A DNA stretch of 64,000 nt, from NCBI GenBank assembly GCA_965214835.1, contig CBDCCK010000002.1:672001-736000 (forward strand), given 5' to 3'. The stretch comes from Nitrosopumilaceae archaeon (GTDB taxonomy: Archaea > Thermoproteota > Nitrososphaeria > Nitrososphaerales > Nitrosopumilaceae). Shown here piece by piece: positions 20,389 through 30,444 of the stretch (its first letter is position 1; every line of letters starts with the position of its first letter). The notes under the pieces are model-generated. The model saw nothing but the letters and a program-made list of their open reading frames with translations. It had not been told where the DNA came from and did no database searches. Position numbers and translations under genes: made by a program.

Positions 20389-21752
20389 TGGGCCTCAAGA
20401 TCGCCGTCGTCGGGATGGGTCTTGTCGGGCTGACCCTGGCAGCCTTTCTTGCCTCAAAGGGAAGCACCGTGTACGGTATAGAGAGCGACGCCAAAAAGAT
20501 GTCGCACCTGCGCGGCGGCAGGCCGTACTTTTTTGAGCCAAAGCTGGATGCGCTCATACGCAGGTGCACTGCAGGCGGGAACCTAGAGTTCCTGCCGGAC
20601 ATGGATGGGATATGGGACTCGCTTGACCATGTCTTTGTTGCGGTGGGGACCCAGACGGTCAACGGCAAGACCGTGCTGACCCACGTCAAGAGGTCTGTAA
20701 GGCAGATCGCCTGGCACCTTGACAGGTCAGACAACTCCCCGACGGTTGTCATCAAGAGTACGCTGCCCCCCCGCACAACCGGCGGCGTGATCCTGCCCAT
20801 GCTGGAGGGACGGCGCCCACGGCGGAGGCTTGGCTCGGGACTCTTTCTGGCGACCAACCCCGAGTTCCTGAGGGAGGGCACTGCAGTGGACGACCAGTTT
20901 CACCCCCATGTACTGGTCGTCGGAACCCAGGATGCCGGCAGCCTTGAGAGGATGAGGGGGCTCGTCGACTGCACCTATCCCGGGAAGATCCCGAGGTTCT
21001 TTACGAACTTTCCGACCTCCGAGCTGATAAAGTACTCCAACAACGCGTTCCTGGCAACGAAGATCAGCTTTATCAACAGCGTGGCAAACCTGTGCCAGAA
21101 GATCCCGGGCTCAAACGTGGACGATATAGCAAGGATTATCGGGATGGATCCCCGGATAGGGCCGCTGTTCCTGAGGGCGGGCCCCGGATACGGCGGATCC
21201 TGCCTGCCCAAGGATCTGTCCTCGATGATTGCAGTCCTTCGAAAAAACCGGATCGATCCGGGCCTCTTTGTCGGCGTCGAGGGCGTAAACGACGGCCAGG
21301 TGGGACAGATCCTAAGGGTCACAAGGGACAGCATCGGCCGGCTGAGGGGAAAAACGCTGACCGTACTGGGGCTATCCTTCAAGGAGGACTCTGGTGACAT
21401 ACGCGAGTCCGCATCCATACGGCTGATCGGCACGCTGCTGGGAAGGTGCCGCAGCGTCAGGGTTCATGATCCTGCGGCAATAGAGGCCACGCGTGGGGTC
21501 TTTGGTGACAGGATAGAGTACTTTGCCGAGGTAGGCGAGGCCCTGAGCGGGTCTGACTGCGCCATAATAATGACGCCCTGGAGGCAGTATGCGGAGCTGT
21601 CTGACTTTTCGATGATGTCTGCGCCCATAGTCATCGACACCCGCCGGATAATGAAGAACACCGGCAGGATCCGCTATGTTCCCTACGGCTCTGCCCCGCA
21701 TGCAGAGTCCCCGCCACAGGGGAGAGCCGATACTGCAAAGGGGACGTCCTGA
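20388..21752 (+). CDS. UDP-glucose/GDP-mannose dehydrogenase family protein
   Basis: GMGLVG, NPEFLREG, ELIKYSNNAF and GYGGSCLPKD motifs. Confidence 0.92.
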   Translation: MGLKIAVVGMGLVGLTLAAFLASKGSTVYGIESDAKKMSHLRGGRPYFFEPKLDALIRRCTAGGNLEFLPDMDGIWDSLDHVFVAVGTQTVNGKTVLTHVKRSVRQIAWHLDRSDNSPTVVIKSTLPPRTTGGVILPMLEGRRPRRRLGSGLFLATNPEFLREGTAVDDQFHPHVLVVGTQDAGSLERMRGLVDCTYPGKIPRFFTNFPTSELIKYSNNAFLATKISFINSVANLCQKIPGSNVDDIARIIGMDPRIGPLFLRAGPGYGGSCLPKDLSSMIAVLRKNRIDPGLFVGVEGVNDGQVGQILRVTRDSIGRLRGKTLTVLGLSFKEDSGDIRESASIRLIGTLLGRCRSVRVHDPAAIEATRGVFGDRIEYFAEVGEALSGSDCAIIMTPWRQYAELSDFSMMSAPIVIDTRRIMKNTGRIRYVPYGSAPHAESPPQGRADTAKGTS

Positions 21753-21873
21753 GAGGTGGAGTGGACCCCTGTAAGTAGGAACGCTTTTGTTCGCACACTT
21801 AGTGAGGCCGAGTCACAAACATGGCCAGAATAAGTGTCACAACAATGTTACAGAGTTTGGATTAAAACTATTC

Positions 21874-23050
21874 CAGTCTTCCCAGAAGTAACTCAGGGAG
21901 GCACCGGTGGAGGGGGTTGGGGCAGCGTCCTACAGTCCGATATACCGCGCTTGATCACGTCATTGAGGCACTGCTGGGTGATCAGGGGATCCTCGGCAAT
22001 GATCCCCGTCACGCTCCCAATCATCGCGTCTGCCATGGCCCACGCGTTGAAGACCGCAGCCGAGTACACAAAGTACAGCATCCTTGCGACCGGGCTCTTA
22101 CTGTGGATCCTGACCCTTGCGTTCTCTATCATCCTGTATCCGGTCTCGATCCCCCACCTGCGGCTGTACTCGTCCGGATCTATTCCGGGCACGTTGGTCG
22201 CAAATCCGATGAGCCGCTCGTGTGCCGGCAGCTTTTCCACGTTTGTCTTGCCCGACCGCTTCTTCCTTCTCTTTGTGATGACCATCGTGTACCGCGCTGA
22301 CTTGGAGGTGCCGGATACGACCGACTCGACCTCCACTCTTCTTTTTATGCCATCATGTTCGCTGAGGGTCGCAACGACGGCATCCGTGTTCTTGCACGGT
22401 ATGATGTACCCGACTCCCGCCGCATCCAGCTCGGAGATGACTGCGGCCGAGAAGAACTCGCGGCCCAGCATCACGACCCCGGGCTCGGCCCCCGCGCGGC
22501 GTGCAGAATCGATGGTCCTACGCACGAAATCGGCCGTATCCTCAAGCGCCGGCATGTGCAGTACGCCCAGTACAAGGCGGCAGTGCTTTACCAGGCACTG
22601 TATGGTCATATAGCGCTCAAAGACTGCCGTCCCGCTCTTCTTCCTAGAGCGGACAAGCTCCCCGCCGTGCTTTTTGTCGTAACGCGGTATCAGGTGCATG
22701 TCTATTGCCGCATCCAGCCTCTGGCCCCCGGTGATCAGCCCCGTCTCCCTCAGCTGTTCAAGCTGCCGGCCAACGGTTCCTGCAAGGCAGTCCAGGATCT
22801 AGTCGGGCTCGGACCTTATTGCGACGCTACGGATTCACTCGTCGGTGGGATTGCGGAGCAGTCCCGGGGCCGTCGGCACCTCGCGTGCAGACATTATACA
22901 GCCGGCCACCTGCCCGTTGGAATGGACGCGCGCGTCCGGAACCTGAAAGTCGCCTGCAGTATAGATGGCGTTGTGCCTGTCCGAGGCCCCGACGCACGGG
23001 GCCATGCCTTCGCCGACGGTCTCCAGGGGGTTGTCCAAAAAATTTCCGCA
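21874..23050 (-). pseudogene. ISH3-family transposase remnant
   Basis: YSRRWGIETGYR motif; TIR CAGTCTTCCCAGAAGTAAC at 21874; 5' part fragmented. Confidence 0.8.
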
Positions 23051-23123
23051 AAATGACCGCCAGGCTTATGGATTACGGGCGCACGGCACCGAAGGCGATC
23101 TTGATCAGCCGATCCCGGACATC

Positions 23124-24036
23124 ATGATGAGCAACGACAAAAAGAATGCGGAATACTACCGACTCTACGAGCAGAAGCGCAGGCAGGAGAGCCCCCGCAA
23201 GAAGAGGGCAAGGAAGAGCCTGAGAGGGATCGTGCGCAGGGCGGCTGGGAGGATGGCGGCCGAGACGGGAATCGACGCCCGTCTTGCGTGGTCTGCCATA
23301 CGCATCGCGATCCCCGGGATCGAAAACGGCCTGTCCTGCAGGATCATGGCCACGCACCCGGATGCAAACCTGGACGATCTCAGGAGGTGCGGCCTGGACC
23401 GCGCGCTCGCAGTCCACCCTGCACAGCAGGATGACCATGTTCTGGGACATGGGCAAGGACTTCATGGACGAGGTCGTGCCGGCCGTGTCAGACGGTAGGC
23501 GCACAGCTGACCTGCATGGCGGCCCGGCGGGGTTCGGCCTACGCAGGCACAGGAGCTGGCACCACGCAAGATACGGCGAAATGACCGGGCACGACTTTGC
23601 AAAGCTGTACGTGATAGGCGCAATCGGGGGCAGGATACTGTCATTCGAGGCCACATCGGGCACGTCAGGCGACTCGCCGGAGTTTGCCCGTATGTTCGGC
23701 CGCATCCCCCGAGGAGGATGCGGCATCGTGGCGCTGGATTCTGCATACGACTCGTACAAAAACTGCGAGCTGATTGCGAAGAGTGGCCGCGGATCTGTCA
23801 TAAAGCCGGCAAAGGGGCATAAGAAGCCACGCGGGTTCAGTGCAAGGGCCAGGATGCTGCGGTGGCTGCGTGACAGGCCAGACGAGTTCTGGCGCGCACA
23901 TCACCAGAGGAGCTAGGCAGAGTCCTTGTTCTTGGTAATGAAGGAAAGGACTGGATCCGTCCTGCGTTCAAAGCTGGACGGAACCATCACTGTAGAGCTG
24001 TTCGCTCGCGTGTTGTGCTACAACCTTACGGTATAA
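23124..24036 (+). pseudogene. IS5-family transposase pseudogene
   Basis: FAKLY, GDSPEF and LDSAYD motifs; HHQRS*AES.F...K with an in-frame stop; one frameshift. Confidence 0.75.
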
Positions 24037-24104
24037 TTTTTTAACACAATCCCGTACTGTTGGACCGCAACACTACCGTAAGGTATGGCCCGTATGGATA
24101 TTTG

Positions 24105-24196
24105 GTATGTGGTCACGTCCCCTTGTTAGCTAGGCACGAAAATCACAACCATGCATCTAATTCGTGCCTGACTGATGGGGGTAGGTGACCTCGTAC
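24105..24196. mobile_element. 92-bp IS66-type MITE
   Basis: GTATGTGGTCACGTCCCC...GGGGTAGGTGACCTCGTAC; 8-bp TSD GATATTTG. Confidence 0.92.
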
Positions 24197-24218
24197 GATA
24201 TTTGTGTTGCCTTTTGTG

Positions 24219-24339
24219 CAGTCTTCCCAGAAGTACCACGTCAAATTATCCCAAGCTCGAAACAATTCAAATGAGGCTGCCTGTAGATCCGCTTGCCACC
24301 TCCTGCACCGCCGCGAGTCGGTTGCTTCTGGGAGGACTA
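24219..24339. mobile_element. 121-bp MITE with ISH3-type TIRs
   Basis: CAGTCTTCCCAGAAGTA...TGCTTCTGGGAGGACTA. Confidence 0.8.
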
Positions 24340-24410
24340 GGCGGCACTGCTGGTTGGGCCTTTATGACCATGCCACCAGCGCCGTATCCCCGGAGGCGGG
24401 CAAACTCCGG

Positions 24411-24560
24411 GTACAAAGCCACCTAGCCTTAAACAGCTAGGGACAAGCTTTTGTGCGGTTGTGATTCTCATGCCTGTCCAGCAAGGGGGACATGATCTTG
24501 TATACCTACAGATCTATACATCGCCTCCACCGCCACGGGTCGGGTACATTTGGGAAGACA
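24411..24560. mobile_element. Degenerate IS66-type MITE followed by an ISH3-type MITE fragment
   Basis: gttgtgattctcatgcc..gcaagggggacatga; ccaccgccacgggtcggg..tgggaagac. Confidence 0.5.
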
Positions 24561-24677
24561 AAAGACTAGTATGTATTCAATAGGAGAAGGACTTTTTAGA
24601 AAATGATAAAAAGAAGATATTTAAAGAAATGAAAAAAGCGGAACAAAATTAAAAAAGTAGATTTTGGGAAAAAAATA

Positions 24678-25328
24678 TTGGAAAAGGATCCTAAAATTAT
24701 TGAGGCTAAGACCGCTTTAAAAAAACACTTTGTGAATAAGAAAAACGATCCTGTAAAGACACCATATTATCATCACCAGCTGCAGGTATTGTATGAAAAT
24801 GATTTTTTTGAGTGGATAATAACTGATGCCTTGAAGGAGTTAGAAAACGAGGGATACATCACAAGTCTAGACAAAACCGACATTCCAGAACTAGGAAATT
24901 TGAGAAAAATCTCAAGGATAAAATTTTATGCAAACTCTGAAGCTGTAAAAACCTCTCGGGGACTCAAAATGATGAAAACACATGCGCTCAACACTGCCAA
25001 GCTAATTGAAAAATACAGCAGTGACAAAAATGCAAAGGTGTTAGGGAAGCAGTTAGAGAGTCTTGTAGAAAACCAATTACAAATTTCTCAATTTGAAATA
25101 AAAGGAAAGCACACCAATGAATATGGTGGGAAAAAATGGACAACAACACATCACAATTTGGATTTTATAGCCAAGAAAAAAGACAAGGAATTTGTAATAG
25201 GAGTTGAAGTAAAAAACACACTGGACATAATTCCTCCAGATGAAATTGATATTAAAATAGATATTTGTGATCACTTGGGTATTGTACCGGTTTTTGCAGT
25301 AAGATGGATCAAACCCTATATCGATTAG
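24678..25328 (+). pseudogene. AT-rich PD-(D/E)XK nuclease-like protein, 3'-truncated by IS5
   Basis: LDFIAK...GVEVKN motif; the stop codon is the TAG of the IS end at 25326. Confidence 0.6.
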
Positions 25329-26300
25329 ACCTTATGCGTAATCGACCGGATCGAAATATTCCGACGGTGGCCGGCCACACATGCAAGGCTGACGGCATCA
25401 CATGACGTGTATGAGGGCGGCAGAGTCCGTATATAGTGCAGCTACGAGCCATTACAGCTGGTAAAAACTACAGTATAGTGCGGCATCGTGTGGCGCCGCA
25501 ATGCGCTCCGTATCGTGGTATCAGAACCCATGCATGAGCTTCTTGTTCCGCTTGTCCCACAGCAGCCTAAAGTTGGCAAGCCCGGCCGTCACCTGGAACT
25601 CCCTGTCGAACTCCTCGGCGGTCCCGTCGTACGGATCACGCATCCGCTTGTACTGCTTTATCCGTCCTATGGCGTGCTCTACTGTCACCCTCTTGCTGCT
25701 TATCCTCCTGTTCTGCGCTTTCTGTTTCTTTGTAAGCTTGCCCCCCTTGGCTTCTTGTGGGGCTGCATGGATATGACCACCGGGTACAGATTCTTGATTC
25801 CCACGTATCCCATGTCCGAGAACAGCTTTACCTTCTCGTCCTCGGGGTGCTTTCTGTTGCTGCGCATCCTGGCAGTCAGGGTTCCCAGATCCGAGGGGTT
25901 GTTCTTTATCATGGTGAGGTCGTGCGCGCTTCCGGGCGCCGACTCGCTTGCATATGTCGCCAGTCCCTTCTTGTCTGCAATCACCCGTGGGTGTTGCGCG
26001 TAAAGTCCTTCTTCTTGCCCGAGTACGCCCCCCTTTCTTGGTTCCTTGTCCAAGGGGCGCTGTATGTCGATGTGCGTGCCGTCTACAATCACGGTCAGAT
26101 CCGGGACGATCTCCTTGACCCACTCGATCGTGCGGGCGTTTCGTATCCTACGGGATACGGTGTCCGGCGTGGGCAGTATCTTGAGAAATATCATGTCGCA
26201 ATACTTGAGGTACCTGCATACCGTACTCTGGTCTATGCCAAAGAATGCCGCAAGCTGCTCCTGTGTCGGGTTTCCGTACTTGCGCATCAGCGACATCAGC
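25326..26300 (-). mobile_element. IS5-family (DDE_Tnp_4-type) element, 5'-truncated and frameshifted
   Basis: End TAGACCTTATGCGTAA and the following ~400 bp match 33027 onward. Confidence 0.88.
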
Positions 26301-26385
26301 AGGCTCGAAACAATCCAAATGAGGCTACTGCAGATCCGCTTGCTACCTCCTGCACCTCCACGAGTCGGTTACTTCTGGGAAGATG
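26301..26385. mobile_element. Partial ISH3-type MITE
   Basis: Aligns with 24255-24339. Confidence 0.7.
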
Positions 26386-26472
26386 TGGGCCCGCACCGGG
26401 TTCATGTCTGATATGAGACTACATGGACGGCAGAGGCGATCGGGACGCCTACGATATCCCTACAATTATTTT

Positions 26473-26571
26473 GTATGTGGCCACGTCCCCTTGCTATCTA
26501 GGCACGAAAATCACAATCATGCATCTAATTCGTGCCTGACTGATGGGGGTAGGTGAGGGGTAAACTCACAC
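26473..26571. mobile_element. IS66-type MITE with a chimeric right end
   Basis: Standard body, then GGGGTAAACTCACAC, the TIR of the second IS66 subfamily. Confidence 0.75.
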
Positions 26572-26618
26572 TGCATCCCATGAAAAACTATTATACGCCT
26601 CGCCTGCCCTGACTGGCA

Positions 26619-27188
26619 TTGCCGTTCTCCTTTATGCCATCAGAGATCCCCGGCGTGATCCTCATAGACGCCAAGCCCTTTCCCGATGACCGGGGATTCT
26701 TTTTGGAAAGCTACAAAGAGTCCGAATTCACACAAAACGGGGTTCGGGCAAGGTTCGTCCAGGACAACCACTCCCGCTCTGCCGGGGGTGCGCTGAGGGG
26801 ACTGCACTACCAAAAGGATCCCCGGGCGCAGGCAAAGCTCGTGATGGTCGTCAGGGGGGAGATCTTTGACGTCGCAGTGGATATCCGCAGGGGCTCGCCC
26901 ACATATGGAAGGTGGGTGGGGGAGACGCTCTCCGAGGCAAACCACAGGCTCCTCTATGTTCCCGAAGGATTCGCCCACGGCTTTTGCGTGCTCAGCGAGG
27001 AGGCAGACGTCACCTACAAGGTAAGCAGCGAGTACTCCCCCGAGGATGATCGCGGAATACTGTGGAATGATCCAGACATCGGCATCGACTGGCCGGTCAC
27101 AGAGCCGACACTGTCTGAGAAGGACTCCCGGCAGCCCTCCCTTGAGGATGCCGACAACGACTTTGTCTTCTCAGATCATGCCAATTAA
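26619..27188 (+). CDS. rfbC: dTDP-4-dehydrorhamnose 3,5-epimerase
   Basis: DDRGFFLESY, QDNHSRS, LRGLHYQ and VPEGFAHGF motifs. Confidence 0.95.
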   Translation: MPFSFMPSEIPGVILIDAKPFPDDRGFFLESYKESEFTQNGVRARFVQDNHSRSAGGALRGLHYQKDPRAQAKLVMVVRGEIFDVAVDIRRGSPTYGRWVGETLSEANHRLLYVPEGFAHGFCVLSEEADVTYKVSSEYSPEDDRGILWNDPDIGIDWPVTEPTLSEKDSRQPSLEDADNDFVFSDHAN

Positions 27189-27212
27189 ATACAGACCTCC
27201 CCTTGATGTATC

Positions 27213-28232
27213 ATGCGGGTTTTGGTGACAGGTGGGGGCGGCTATATCGGATCCGTGCTTGTTCCAAGGCTGCTTGAGGAAGGGTACGGCGTCACCGTAC
27301 TTGACAGGTTCTACTTTGGCAGGGACAAGCTAAAGCACGTCTCCAAAAACCCAAGGCTCAAGCTCGTGCAGGACGACACGAGGTACTTTGATGAGAAGAT
27401 CCTCGACGGCATAGACGCGGTGATGGATCTGGCCGCGCTCTCAAACGATCCCAGCGGGGAGCTGGATCCCAAAAGAACGATGGACATCAACTTTAGGGGA
27501 CGCGCAAGGGTGGCAAGACTGGCCAAGCAGCGGGGCGTGGGCAGGTACATCCTGGCATCAAGCTGCAGCATCTACGGGTTCAGGGACGGGCAGCTGGACG
27601 AAAGGTCCCCGATCAACCCGCTGACCACCTATGCCAGGGCCAACAGGAAGGCAGAGATTGCCGCCAAAAGGCTTGCCGACGAGGAGTTTACGGCAACCAT
27701 GCTGAGGTTTGCCACGGTCTTTGGACTCTCCCCCAGGATGAGGTTTGACCTGGCGGTAAACGGGATGGTGCTGGGATTCTTCAAGAACAGGCAGATTCCG
27801 ATCATGCGCGACGGCAGGCAGTGGAGGCCGTTTATCCACGTAAGGGATGTGGCCGAGGCCTACGTCGCCGTAATCAGGTCACCAAAGGAGAGCGTCGGCG
27901 GCCAGATATTCAACGTCGGCTCTGATGCCCAAAACTATCAGATACTGCCGCTGGCCAAGGAGGTGGCAGGCGCAATCAGGATTCCCTTCAAGAAGCGCTG
28001 GTACGGTGATCCGGACTCGCGCTCCTACAGGATCAGCTTTGACAAGATCCGCGATACGCTCGGATACGGGACAAGGTGGACCGTGGCAGACGGCGCAAGG
28101 GAGATCTATGCGGCACTAAAGTCCGGGGAAACGACCGACTCTATGCAGACGAGGACCGTCGAGTGGTACAAGTACCTGCTTGATGCAAAGGAGGCCTGCG
28201 ACGCAGTATCAATGGACGGCCAGATACTCTGA
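27213..28232 (+). CDS. NAD-dependent sugar epimerase/dehydratase (extended SDR)
   Basis: TGGGGYIG, SSCSIYG and RPFIHVRD motifs; YARAN in place of YxxxK. Confidence 0.88.
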   Translation: MRVLVTGGGGYIGSVLVPRLLEEGYGVTVLDRFYFGRDKLKHVSKNPRLKLVQDDTRYFDEKILDGIDAVMDLAALSNDPSGELDPKRTMDINFRGRARVARLAKQRGVGRYILASSCSIYGFRDGQLDERSPINPLTTYARANRKAEIAAKRLADEEFTATMLRFATVFGLSPRMRFDLAVNGMVLGFFKNRQIPIMRDGRQWRPFIHVRDVAEAYVAVIRSPKESVGGQIFNVGSDAQNYQILPLAKEVAGAIRIPFKKRWYGDPDSRSYRISFDKIRDTLGYGTRWTVADGAREIYAALKSGETTDSMQTRTVEWYKYLLDAKEACDAVSMDGQIL

Positions 28233-28584
28233 TTCTGCCGGGCCAAAACTCCTGCAAAAGCCACACTTGTCAGATTATCTGGCAGGCTGGTGGAAGAATC
28301 CGGATGTCCGTGGTTTTTGGTCATGAATCACTTTGGGCCCAGTCATGGCATTCATCAAAAGACGGCCCATGATCCTGGCACATCGTGCCCATTCTGATAA
28401 AGAGGATCGGCTTTTAGCTGACGCGCTAGGGCGGGAGTCGGGAGGCACCCGGGGGCGATCAGGAAAAGCGACCCGAAATGGATGAAGGACGCCAGTGCTA
28501 GGAGGAGCTGGCATGAGACGATCACCTGGGTTGCAGGGCCATGCCTGGCTGATTTTATATTAAGGAGCCCCGCACAGCCAAGGG

Positions 28585-29658
28585 ATGAAGGGGATCATAC
28601 TTCACGGGGGACATGGGACGAGGCTGAGGCCCCTGACGCATACGGGCCCCAAGCAGCTGCTCCCCATTGCAAACAAGCCGATGTCCCAGTATGCCCTAGA
28701 GGATCTCAAGCAGGCCGGGGTGCGCGAAGTAGGCATAGTCACCGGGGGCACGCACCCACAAAAGGTCGAGGAGTACTATGGCGACGGACAGAGGTTCGGA
28801 GTCAGCATAACCTACATTGCCCAGGACCGGCCCAGGGGGATCTCACATGCCATAGGGCTGTGCAGGGACTTTGTCGGAGATGACAGGTTCATCGTCTACT
28901 TGGGGGATAACGTCCTGAGGAGGAGCCTTGGGGACTATACCCGGAGGTTCTCCGGCTCGGAGCTGGACGCGATGGTCCTTCTATGCGAGGTCGACGATCC
29001 GAGGCGGTTCGGAATCGCCGAGCTGGACGGCGGCAGCCCGGGTACGATCAAAAGGATCACCGAAAAGCCAAAGGATCCAGCCTCCAACCTTGCCGTCATC
29101 GGGATCTACTTTCTGTCGCCCAAGATCTTTGGGGTCATCGATGACCTCAAGCCCTCCTGGCGCGGGGAGCTGGAGATCACCGACGCACTGGACCTGTCGC
29201 TGCGGCGGGGCCAAAGGATCGGGTACGATACGGTCACGGGGTGGTGGAAGGATACGGGAACCCCGGAGGACATAATACACGCAAACAGGCTGGTCCTGGA
29301 CTCGATAGGCACGGAGAACCAGTTCCTGATTGACCCTGATGCCGCAGTAAACGATAATGTCGTCCTTGGCAGGGGCACGGCAGTCTCCAGGGACTCGCTT
29401 GTCATCGGGCCCGTAATCGTCGGCAGGAACTGTCACATCGGGCCCGCTGCCCGCATAGGTCCCTATGTCTCAATCGGGGACAACTGCACGATAAAAAACT
29501 GTGAGATAAAAAACTCCATCGTGATGTCAGAGTGCGCCGTCGAGTCTAGAATCGAGATCGATTCTAGCATAATTGCACACGGCTCGGCAGTCGAGCCGGC
29601 AAAGCCTGGCGGCCCGCACAGGTTCCTGCTCGGCGAGCGCTCCCACCTGCAGCTATAG
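28585..29658 (+). CDS. Glucose-1-phosphate thymidylyltransferase, long form
   Basis: GGHGTRLRPLT, PKQLLP, SWRGELEITDA motifs and a C-terminal left-handed beta-helix. Confidence 0.92.
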   Translation: MKGIILHGGHGTRLRPLTHTGPKQLLPIANKPMSQYALEDLKQAGVREVGIVTGGTHPQKVEEYYGDGQRFGVSITYIAQDRPRGISHAIGLCRDFVGDDRFIVYLGDNVLRRSLGDYTRRFSGSELDAMVLLCEVDDPRRFGIAELDGGSPGTIKRITEKPKDPASNLAVIGIYFLSPKIFGVIDDLKPSWRGELEITDALDLSLRRGQRIGYDTVTGWWKDTGTPEDIIHANRLVLDSIGTENQFLIDPDAAVNDNVVLGRGTAVSRDSLVIGPVIVGRNCHIGPAARIGPYVSIGDNCTIKNCEIKNSIVMSECAVESRIEIDSSIIAHGSAVEPAKPGGPHRFLLGERSHLQL

Positions 29659-29746
29659 CCGCCGGATCCGGGGCGGCCCTGCGGGATATGCGGACAAGGC
29701 CTGTGATCGACGCGCCTGCAGGCGTGCATGACTTGCCTGATTCAAG

Positions 29747-30056
29747 GTACGAGGCCAATGGTGATGAGCATGACGGGAATAGACGCCTTTGCTGCAATGA
29801 AGGTCCGCAGGTACCTGAAGAAAAATCCCGACGTTGTCCTGCTGTACCTGCCGGTAGCCAGGCCGGAGCTGAGCGCCATGGAGGCAGTCGAAGGATGCCA
29901 AGTACGGGCCGGTCACGTCGGCCTTTTATGACACGGTAGATCACCTCAAAAGGGCCGTCTCGGAATACTTTAGGACGTGCTCCATCAAGATTGACATCTA
30001 CAAGTATCTTGAGCGCAGCGTGTAAGGGAGGCGAAATTTTCAATGATCATCAGTAT
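29747..30056 (+). mobile_element. Chimeric remnant: IS66 end + IS110 fragment + IS630 3' end
   Basis: gtacgaggcca; gagcatgacgggaatagacgcctttgc (as at ~6458); IS630 C-terminus and TIR. Confidence 0.75.
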
Positions 30057-30243
30057 AGTCCCCGGTCTCCACCAGTATGCCGCGCTTCGACATCTTGAAC
30101 GTTATCTGATCCGGCTGTGACAACTCTTCTAGAATGGGCTTTGGTATTATTGCTATGCATCCCCTCCTTTCATCATGATTCAGCCGGACAGTGTATTGGG
30201 TCTCATCCTTTTTCCATCGTCCCATGGAACGAAACAGGAACAC
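30040..30243 (-). CDS. AbrB/SpoVT-like small DNA-binding protein; C-terminus clipped by the IS630 end
   Basis: CIAIIPKPILEEL..PDQITF....GILVE pattern. Confidence 0.7.
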   Translation of the reverse strand: MFLFRSMGRWKKDETQYTVRLNHDERRGCIAIIPKPILEELSQPDQITFKMSKRGILVETGDYTDDH

Positions 30244-30263
30244 TCATAATTTAAGAATTGTTA

Positions 30264-30306
30264 TTTCCTTAAGGAAAGTTATACATTCATATAATCCTTA
30301 AGGATT
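30264..30306. promoter_or_regulatory. Two 14-bp palindromic operator-like sites in a divergent promoter region
   Basis: TTTCCTTAAGGAAA (30264-30277) and AATCCTTAAGGATT (30293-30306). Confidence 0.6.
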
Positions 30307-30317
30307 CTATAATACAT

Positions 30318-30405
30318 GGTGCGTTTACCTAGCACGGTAAGGTGTCGCCCTGAAAGGCGATTGTTCTCGGAAGGAACATCGTGGGTTCGACTCCCACACT
30401 CACCG
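30318..30405 (+). tRNA. tRNA-Ser(TGA)-like gene or pseudo-tRNA with a 6-nt anticodon loop
   Basis: Acceptor GGTGCGT/ACTCACC with G discriminator; D arm; TCGCC-CTGAAA-GGCGA; long variable arm; GTGGG-TTCGACT-CCCAC; T-rich tract follows. Confidence 0.7.
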
Positions 30406-30444
30406 CTTCTTTTTATCATATATTAATTTTCGAGGTGGGCCACG

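Noticed and set aside
21770-21852. Imperfect TGTAA...TTACA inverted repeat
   Set aside because: Single degenerate copy without a clear TSD
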